From assembly GCA_025558095.1 (NCBI GenBank), contig JAIVFI010000025.1, positions 589,717 to 653,716 on the forward strand: a DNA stretch of 64,000 nucleotides. Reading direction: 5' to 3'. Both the position numbers and the translations under genes were made by a program. The stretch comes from Hyaloraphidium curvatum SAG 235-1. Taxonomy: Eukaryota > Fungi > Monoblepharomycota. Shown here one piece after another: positions 1 through 8,425 of this stretch. How positions within the stretch are numbered: the first letter of the stretch is position 1; each line of letters starts with the position of its first letter. The notes under the pieces are model-generated. The model did no database searches. It was not told the DNA's origin and saw only the letters and a list, made by a program, of their open reading frames with translations.

Positions 1-110
1 CGGTACTGGGCTAGATGAGCGCTGCTTGTACTCGGAGCTTCAATAATCCGACGACATTCAAAGGCACATTTGGCCGTTCTAGCTTTTCCAAACGCTCGGC
101 TGTCGGCATT

Positions 111-1331
111 CTAGAGGCTTCCCCCTGGGTGCCTCTTCCTCACGCCGCCTCGCTCGTTCCCCGCACCGCCCTTCGCACCGCCGCCCGTCTTCATCACGTC
201 GACGAGGGTGTCGACCAACTCCCTCCCTCCGACGACCACCCGATCCCACCACTTGGGGTCGTCCGGCGTGAAGAAGGACTTGCAGTACAGCCGCCACGCG
301 TCCTCCGGGTCGATCGCGAGCTGCTTCTCCCTGGTCGTCAGCGACGGCACCGAGTAGTGGTAGTGCCGGTTCTCCAGCGACATGACCTCCATGTTGCGCA
401 GCCCGCTGTAGGTGCCAAAGTCCTGGTGGATCCCCGTGAGCTTGGCCCTGCCGCCCTTCTTCTCAAGGAGGCCGGCGACGTATGCGTGCACCGAGTTTTT
501 GAACAGCGCCGGGTTGAGCGTGCGCAGGTTCCTGAAGATGGGGTAGGCCTTCCTGAGCGCCTTGATCCTCGCGGCGCCCTCCTCCGACTCGTCGCGCAGG
601 CACATGGTCTGCGACCCGCCCCACTCGTCCCCGATCCCCGTGTGGATGTCGACGATGGCCACGTGCTCGAGGGTGTCGGCCGAAAGGAGGCCGTCGAGGT
701 ACCTGCCCACGCTGGAAATGACGCCCTCGACGCCGTGGCCGCCGAAAAAGACGCCCTCGGGGTTGACGTACTGCGGGAAGCCGACGGCGGTCGAGAGGGC
801 CTTCATGCCCATTGTGCAGGCGCAGACCACGGTGCTGGCCTTGAACCGGAGCGAGGACAGGTACGCGGTCGGGGGCGCGGGCACGTTGAGCAGGCCCTTG
901 TCGACGAAGGGGGTGAACGTCTTGGGCGCGCCCTTGAGGCTGCCCGGGTCCGCAGTCCAGTTGCTCATGAGGTTGACGTTGCTTTCGTTGGCCCACCGGT
1001 TGTTGTGCGTGCCCCAAGGGTTGAGCAGGTGCACGAAGGCGGCGGCAAAGTCGCCGTCGGGGTCGCGGAACGCGTCGGGCAGGCTCCGAAGCAGGTCGAT
1101 CTGGATCGCGGAGCCCGGCAGCGCCTCCACGCCGTGCGTGCCGGCGATGTGGATCAGCAGGTACTTGGGCCGCCGCGACCCGACCAGCGCGACCTGCGTG
1201 TCGAGGTCCACGCCGTCGCGCGGGTCGCGCAGCGTATGCACCGTCGTGAGCTCGCGCGCGTGGGCGCGGGCGGCGGCGGTGAACGCGTCCTTGGCCTCCA
1301 CGTAGTTGCGGAGGACGCGGGTGCCCGACAT
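111..1331 (-). CDS. DUF2817-family / M14-like zinc metallopeptidase-fold protein, intronless, 406 aa
   Basis: N-terminal Y-x-E-A-K-x-x-F, GTHGVE (HxxE), LNPWG, RWANESNVNL and VDIHTG motifs match the bacterial DUF2817/M14-like family. Confidence 0.8.
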   Translation of the reverse strand: MSGTRVLRNYVEAKDAFTAAARAHARELTTVHTLRDPRDGVDLDTQVALVGSRRPKYLLIHIAGTHGVEALPGSAIQIDLLRSLPDAFRDPDGDFAAAFVHLLNPWGTHNNRWANESNVNLMSNWTADPGSLKGAPKTFTPFVDKGLLNVPAPPTAYLSSLRFKASTVVCACTMGMKALSTAVGFPQYVNPEGVFFGGHGVEGVISSVGRYLDGLLSADTLEHVAIVDIHTGIGDEWGGSQTMCLRDESEEGAARIKALRKAYPIFRNLRTLNPALFKNSVHAYVAGLLEKKGGRAKLTGIHQDFGTYSGLRNMEVMSLENRHYHYSVPSLTTREKQLAIDPEDAWRLYCKSFFTPDDPKWWDRVVVGGRELVDTLVDVMKTGGGAKGGAGNERGGVRKRHPGGSL

Positions 1332-2239
1332 GGTGGTTGTTCCGCGGCCGCCGGACGCGTCCTCGGCCTCCCGCTGGTTGCAGAGGACACTGCTGCCGGA
1401 TGTAGTGGTTGATTCGCGGCCGCCGGAGTCCGGGAAGTGTCAGCAGAAATAGTCGGCGGAGCGGGCGGACCCTGGCGCGGCGAATTCAGCCGCGGGTCAA
1501 CCACTTCCCCCGCCACCGCGCCAAGCAGGAAAAAACAACCGGGCCCGATTGCCGACAGAGTGCAGAGAGAAGCAACGATAGACTCGAGCTCGGCTCCTCT
1601 CGGTGCAGCCGCATTCGCGTTCCGCGTCGCTCGGGCAGCGCACCGCGGCTCACTGTCTCGAGGCGAGAACAATGATGGTGATGTATGATACCGGGCAACT
1701 GGGAACATGATCTTGAAGATTCTGCGGGACCTGAGTTCGTTGGGATTGATTGGCGTCGGAGACCGGGATGGAGTGTACTGAGGCGGGTCCTGTGAGGGGC
1801 CGATGTCGCCCAGCTTGTCCACCGTGGACCGGCAGCTCCGCTTTCGCCTCCCTCTAGGGCACCGGGACCGGACGCTAAGCCGCATGCAGACCCGAAGGCC
1901 TTCTGGGAAACGTCGGCGTCGGCGAGGATGCCGAGGGAGCGGGCAGACAGGTAGACAGGAACGGCCCGCGAGGTAGAGCGGCCGGAAAAAGAGCCAGACG
2001 TAATGATCGAGATGAAGATGAGGAATACCACGAGGCCAGATGGTCTGGAGTCGACCTGTCCGAGCTCGTTCTGTCCACGGAGCTCGGGAGTCCGCGCCGC
2101 ACGCCAGCAACACCAGTCGTCGAGTCCGACTCCTCATGCCCGCCCGGCGCCCCGTTCGCGCCGCCGCCGTCTTCTCTCCCTTTCCCGCTCAACTCCACCC
2201 TTCTCGTCGCGCACAGCGCCGGAGCGCACGTCGGGGAAG

Positions 2240-2770
2240 CGGCCGGCGGAGCGCCACGTCATCCGAGCTTTGACTTCGATGCTGGTACCGGCGCCGCCCT
2301 CGGGAGGTGCTGGAGCCGGAACGGGGCCCAAGCAGGGGCCGTATCTCGGCGGAAACCGTCGTGGGAACGGGGGCGAGCTGGACGGACCGGGCGCAAGACA
2401 GGGACGGGCTTCCGGCGCGGGGCGCCGTTCTCCCGGACGACGCCTCCCGTACCGGAGCCGGCACTGGTGCCGACAATCCGATGGTCCCCGCGCCCCACGA
2501 GCAGCTGCAAGACGTGTGCGGCGGCGGGCTGCGACCCAAGGGCCGGGAAGTCGAGGGCCAGCGCCACGTCATCACCGCTTCTGCCCCGCGTTTGCTCCGG
2601 CGCCGCCTTGCGGGGGTGCCGGTTCGGGCGCGGGGTTGAAGCAGGGGCGTGGAATCGGCGGAGGGGAGAAACGGGGGAGCCGGACGGGGGCGAACGGCGG
2701 ATGGCGGACGGCGGACGGCGGTGGGCTTCCAGCCCGGGGCGGGCTGCACTGGCGGACGGCACTTTTGGCA
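2240..2770 (+). repeat. Repeat family A, two degenerate tandem copies with 310-bp period
   Basis: AGCGCCACGTCA at 2250 and 2560. Each is followed by CCGGCGCCGCC, AAGCAGGGGC, GAGC(C/T)GGACGG and GGGCTTCC blocks in the same order. Confidence 0.7.
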
Positions 2771-2997
2771 CTTTTCAAGTGCTGTCTACCCAACAGTGTC
2801 CTTTCTTCGGGCCGGTCGGGCCGTTGATCTATCCCTGGGGACTGCGCACATTGCGTAATCCGTGGGAACAGACGTAGGGTCTCGCCAGAAGCGGGCGGGG
2901 CGGCGGCCGGAGGGCGGCTGGGGATCGTGCTTGGAACCTTCTGTCGAGAACGTCGAAGATTCCCCGCCCGTCGGTCTCCACCGCGACGACCGCCGCC

Positions 2998-4048
2998 ATG
3001 TCCGCCAAGCTCCCCACTGCAACACCCGCCATGCCCGATGACACCCTCCCGCCGTGGGTCCGCGCCCTCCTCGCCCCCGCCCCCGGCGCCACGCTCCTCG
3101 ACATCGACCTCTCCTCGGCGGCCGGCGCGGGCCGCTACACCGCCGCCTGCCGCGGCGCACCCCTCTTCTCGCGGCACATCTCACGCGCCGTCAATGCGAA
3201 CGTCGACGCCGCGGTGCTCTGCGGCGAAGAGACGTCGGGCGGCAAGGCCGCCGGGACGGGCGAGATGTCGCTGCAGGGCGCGGCGTCAATGGCCGTGCTG
3301 GCAGAGACCATGCGTGATTTGGTCGGCGGCAAACGTTTGGCAAGGATCGAGATTGCGTACAAGGCCGGCGTGCCGGTGCCGGCGTGGGTCAGGTGCACCG
3401 GGCGCGTCACCGCGCTGCGCGGAGCCGAGATCGACACCGAGGCCGCGATCGTCGACCCCGCCACCTGGACCCCGTTGGTTACGGCCAAAGCAACGTGGGA
3501 CTCGCAGCGGACGCGTGGAATCAGGGAATCGGTTCCGGAACACATTGCAGCCGTCGTTTCTCGTGGCCACAAATCGCCAGCGCTGATCGAAGCGGTTGGC
3601 CGCCTGGTCGCGCAGCCCACCTTCGGCGGCAATGGCATGGATAACATGCGGCACTGGAAGCATACCGTGTTTGCCGGGCCTTGCGACGTGTACTGCGAGG
3701 TGGACCGGGAGACGCTGCCGATCGCGCTCTACTTGATGGCCGAGTGGGTTTCTTCCTGCAGCTACGACATGATTAACGAGTGTGACCCGTTGCCCGCTTC
3801 CCGCCTCCAGCACCTCGGCGTGCTTCAACGGCTGGGCCGACGCACAGCACCACATGGTGTTCACCGGCACCCTCTCCTTCGAGTTCGAGCCCGTCGTCAT
3901 CTCCTCGGGCTGGGTGCACTTCGTCTCCCGACGGATCAAGGACGAGTCGAGAAAGATGGCGGTTGAATTCGAGGCGGAGACGGGCTGCGGCGTGCGGCTC
4001 GGGCGCGGGCAGGGGGTGATGGTCAAGGTCGGCAGGCTGAAGCTCTGA
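2998..4048 (+). CDS. Double hotdog-fold (PaaI/THEM4-like) thioesterase-like protein; intron 3744-3810; alternative start 3031
   Basis: Helix LQGAASMAVLAETM followed by beta strands. The spliced second domain reads LYLMADTSACF...VFTGTLSFEFEP...RKMAVEFEA...GRGQGVMVK and ends GRLKL. A paralogue at 62575-63590 has the same intron. Confidence 0.7.
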
Positions 4049-4324
4049 TGGATCTGGACTGTGATGGACAGGATCGCAAACAAGGATTAGATGATAGTGG
4101 GCGCAATGTGGTAGTTTCTTCCGCGGATTGCTGGATCTGTTGACTTCGTTTGAACTGGGGCGAAGTGATAACTCGTGCGAGCGCCTTTCCACACTGTCAC
4201 CTTACCGCCGCCCAATTCGCGTCCTGTGAGCACTGCTGCGCTTCACCCTTCACAGCTCGTGTTCTCTCGTCACGCTAGTCTGCTCGGGCGCCCCGCGACG
4301 GGGAACTCGGCGCCCACGAGTTGG

Positions 4325-4600
4325 GGAGACTTCGAGCGCCACGTCACCACCCCGGCTGCGATCCTGGGCAGTTCCGGCGCCGCCTTTCTGGTAGTGCCGG
4401 CGCGAGCACAGGGTTGGAGCCGCAGCGGACGGAAGCAGGAGCGTGGCTGGAACGAGGGAGCCGGACGGGGCCCGGATGAGGACAGACGCGGGCTTGACTT
4501 CCGCCGCGGGGGCGCTACTCTGGGGGACAGCTCACTTTCATCCGCGAGCCGTCGTTGTCGAAATGGTCGTCCCCGCGGCGATGGCTTGAAGACGGAGCGG
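4325..4600 (+). repeat. Repeat family A, third copy, downstream of the thioesterase
   Basis: AGCGCCACGTCA at 4335, then TTCCGGCGCCGCC, GGGAGCCGGACGGGG and GCTACTCT...GCTCACTT. Confidence 0.7.
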
Positions 4601-4699
4601 CATGCTAACCGGGCGGTTGCGAGACCGGCCGTGCCTCTGTTAGGAAGCTTGCCGCATCGGCCGTGACTCGGTGGCCGTTGGGCGTGGACCAGTGTCGCA

Positions 4700-6450
4700 T
4701 CCAGCGAGACCCTGGGCGCCGCGGGACTGGCTGGTCGGCATCCATATAGGGGCATCCTCGTGCATGTCCCGGATTGGTTGATCGGTCGGGGACGCTTCAC
4801 GCATCCAGTGGATTCTTCGGCGGAGGCGGACCTGGACGCTGATGACTCCTTGGCGGGGCCGGCGATCTCGCTTCGCGGATCGCGCGCCCGCCGCGCGATT
4901 CCAGAAGTCGGTATAGCCAGCTCCGCCCGACAGCCAGCACAATTTGGTTTGCGGATTGGTGAACGGCAGAGGGCGGGGAGCGCGGGCCGTGCCGGTGGAC
5001 CGCGCCATGTGCGGTCCGCGTGAAGTGAAGCGATACTCCCCGCCCATGCAGCCTTCGCCGGGACTTCCATCGTCGACCGGAAAGCTCCCGATCCCCTCGA
5101 CGGGGCCTTTCTGGATGGACTGTGGGCAGGGCGGATGACCGGGCAGATCGGACCGCGTTGCGAGCGCGATCCTTTTCCTCTCGGTAGGCCAGCCCTGCCT
5201 CGCCTTCATGCGCATGGGCAATTTCTCATTGGAACACCATTCGTCGACGCTCTCTTGCGGGACTGGTTCGGGACGGACGCGGACGCGGAGGGCTGGGCGG
5301 GGCTGGCGATCGTGCTTGGGATCGCGCACCCCGTGATCCGAAAAAAGGAGCGCGTGCCGAGGTCCCGCCCTACTTGGCCGAGCAACTCGGGTTACGGAGC
5401 TCTGCGCACCATGGACGGGAGTTGGCCGCCGGGCGGGGAGCGCTTTGGCGGCGACGAACCAAGCTGCGGCATGGTCCGCATTGTCCAGCTCCCTGCCCCG
5501 TGCTTGCTACGAGCCCGAGAGCGGTCGCACTTCTGCGATTTGAACCGTTTGTGCAGAGCGGACGGCTGGAACGGACGGTGGGCAGGGCGGGCGACTGGGC
5601 TGATCGGACCGCGCCGCGAGGGCGATCCTTTTCTCCAGCGGTGCCCTGCCCTCGCACGCACAAGCTATCCGATTCCACCCTCTGCTCGACAGCGCTCTCT
5701 TTGGGGACCTGTCCGGGACGGACACGCACGGCTGTGGAGGGCAGGGCGGGGCCGCGATCTGGCTCTGTGGACTGTGCACCGCGCGATCCGTATGTGTAGA
5801 ACGTGGACCCGCCCAATTTGGCATAACGACTTGGTTCTGCGGACGGTGTGAACGAGGACTGGCGGTGGCCACCGGGCGGGGAGCGCGACCACCGCGATGG
5901 ACCAATCTGTGGCGTGGTCCGTGATCAGATGCTAGGGTCTCCCCGCCCCTTGCTCACCACAAGCCCGAAGGGCCCCGATGGACTTTCGAACCATGGACGC
6001 ACTGTGGCGCAAGTATGGCGCAATGCGACCGGAACGGACGATGGGCAGGGCCGGACGATCGTGGCTGCTTCTCGGATCGCGCCGCCGGTGCGATCGGAAG
6101 CTGGATGTCGAGACGGCCCTGCCTTCTCCTCGCAAGCACGAGCATCCCGACGCTACCTTTTACTCGGACACTCGGCTCCTTGGGGCTTTGGGAGGACGGA
6201 CGCCAACGCGGATCAAGAGGGCGGGGGCGGCGATCGGGCTCCTTGCTCGGATCGCATCGCATGCGTTCCGTGCGGAGTATGACCGTCCCCGCCTCGCATG
6301 AGGCCACATCGGATTCGGCTTGGAATGGATCGGGCATCCGGACCCGACGGGAACGGGAGATCGGATTGGGCGGGGCCGCAAGCTGGCACCCGTGGACCGC
6401 GCGGGACGTGCGGTCAGCGGGCACCTGTATACGGCCTCGCCCTTCGCGCT
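4700..6450 (+). repeat. Repeat family B, degenerate tandem array of about 4 units of 445-475 bp
   Basis: GGCGGGG..GGCGATC block at 4852, 5296, 5745 and ~6220. GGGCGGGGAGCGC...GGTCCG block at ~4971, 5431 and 5875, weakly at ~6369. GATCGGACCGCG...GCGATCCTTTT at ~5146 and ~5602. Boundaries are approximate. Confidence 0.7.
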
Positions 6451-6629
6451 GTTCATTCGTCGACAGTTGACTGTCGGGAAGAGGAAATCGGAGGTCTGCT
6501 TGAGGGACGGCGGTGACGGGACGTGGGAGCTTCTTCGAAAGGATCAGGTTTGCAGTCCAATGTAATCCGTTCGCGCCGGGTATAGTCCGCACCGCCGTCT
6601 TCCCCTCCTACTTCTTTCCCCACTGTCCC

Positions 6630-7526
6630 TCACAGTTTCAGCTTTATCCGGGTAAAGTCCCGCTTCGCCTCGAGCACGACCGTCCGTCCAGCGGCAAACG
6701 GTTCCAGGAGGGCCGTCAGCACGGCCGTCGGCGCGCCCAGCGTCCGGGGATCCGTCTCGAGGGGGTCCGAGGGGGCAGATTCGGCGGCGCGGGCGAGGAG
6801 TTGCCGGAGTTCTCTGTTGTCGAGGATCAGCCCCAAGGATCACGGTCGTGCCGAGCCGTCAGCCCACCTGTGAGTCCATCCCCTCCCCGAAGGATAGTCC
6901 CTCCCCCCGCCCAGCTCCTCCCACCACACCGCCCACCTCCCCCCGTCCTCGTTCTCGTCCCAGTTGGGCAGCACGTCGTCGTTCAGCTCGCCCCCCCTGG
7001 CGACCATGTCCCCCACGCTCCGGGTCATCAGCGCGTCCCTGTGCACCGTCTCTGTCGGCACGGAGCCGTAGCATAGCACGGGGAAGGGTAGCTTCAGGTC
7101 GTTCGGGGTGACCAGCACTCGGGGGGGGGAAGGGGGTTCGCCGGGCTCTGCGGTGGTCCGCATCCCGCGCGTCACGGCGTCCCCGTGCAGCCCGGCCAGC
7201 TGGTTCCTCAGATCGGGGCGGTACGGCAGGATGCACGCGGTGCCGCCCGCCCGCAGCACGCCCATCAGCGCGACGGCCATCTCGGTCAGCCGCCACGCGT
7301 CGCCCGGGTTCCCTTCGAGGTGCGCCGACGGGACGACGATGCCGACGACGTCGCCCTTGCGGAACGGCCACCAGTTGGCGAGCACGTCTCTCAGAGACCG
7401 CGCGAACCGCTGCGAGGCCACGCGGAGGCCGCGGTACGTGAGCTGCGCAGGGCCGGCGCGCAGGGCGATGCGGTCGTCGCGGTCCGGGTCGGGCGAGGGG
7501 GCAAACACGGCGCCGTACGCGGACAT
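6630..7526 (-). CDS. Truncated, degenerate AMP-binding (ANL / acyl-CoA synthetase N-terminal-like) protein, ~280 aa; intron 6814-6867
   Basis: DRIAL...QLTYRGL...RKGDVVGIVVP...GVLRAGG matches the ANL N-terminus. Spliced GRGWTHREL sits where KGVxLTHxNL is expected. No P-loop and no C-terminal catalytic domain; ends IKLKL. Confidence 0.6.
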
Positions 7527-7696
7527 CGCGTTGAGCCGTCTTCAGGGGGGGTGAGCGTGGGGGAATGAGGACGGGTTGGAGGTGGTTTCGGATCGGCTAA
7601 TCGCGCGGCAGGCCGCGACGAGGGGCCGCCTCATGCCCAGCAGATGTATATGTATAATGAGGAGCTAGCAATCCCACCGTACACTTAGAAATCCCC

Positions 7697-8425
7697 CTAC
7701 GCCCCAAGAATCAGCTCCTCATCTACATTCAAACCAAATGCGACCGGCGCAGGGGCCGGAGCGTTGACAGCGGCGGCTTCGGTGCACAGCTGAAGCCAGT
7801 GTTGGAGTTGGGCCGCGACGCCAAGAGCCCAGGCCACCGCGATCCGTTCGCGGAAGCGCCGCACAAAACGAGAGTAAAGGCCATCGAGGTCCACGGGCTG
7901 CCCATCGCGGCCGACGATCCCGGGATACTGGATGCGCCCCATCTCCGAGGAGAAGCGCGAGAAAGTGGCAGAGACAGCGCTGTACGAATCAAAAGCAAGC
8001 ACGATCAGAGGGTAGAAGTTGGCGTTGAAGACGAAACGGGAGTAGTCCTTCCTGGCGGCCTCGACCCGCCGTTCGACTGCGTGGCCCGGGACCGAGAAGA
8101 CCAGGCCCGTGTGCAAATGGGCCATAGAGGTGAGGGTCTTGATCTCGAGCAACCACCGTTTCCGGGTTTCGCGGTGCGTGATGAGAACGTCGCCAAGGCG
8201 GCCAGCATCCGCAGGCGTGGGCGGGGTGACAGTCTCGTAGCCATGCACAAGGAGGTTTGGCGGCATGGGGTGCACGCGGAGGAGCGGGATGGAGCGAAGC
8301 GCCGCGCGGATGGCCGCGCAAATGTCGTCGTGACCAGGACTGAAGAGATCCCGGCCATAGCAGCCCGAGAACGCGTGCTCCCCCGTCAGCGACATGGCCG
8401 ATCGCTTGCAGCCCCGCCGGCAGGG
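7697..8425 (-). pseudogene. Frameshift-separated C-terminus of the retrotransposon ORF (CCHC knuckle plus restriction-like endonuclease)
   Basis: PCRRGC...GEHAFSGC, GHDDI (RHD-like), RLGDVLI...LLEIKT, RKDY, FYPLIVLAFDSY. It joins the upstream ORF if one C is restored in TTCCCTGC (plus-strand GGG at 8423-8425). Confidence 0.85.

Noticed and set aside
2690-2722. (GGCGGAC/T)n microrepeat
   Set aside because: A short local slippage expansion inside repeat A copy 2, with no independent significance.
4700-6450. Repeat B as a CRISPR array or a repeat-protein gene
   Set aside because: Units are ~450 bp and degenerate, with no identical short repeats plus unique spacers, no cas genes and no frame conserved across units.
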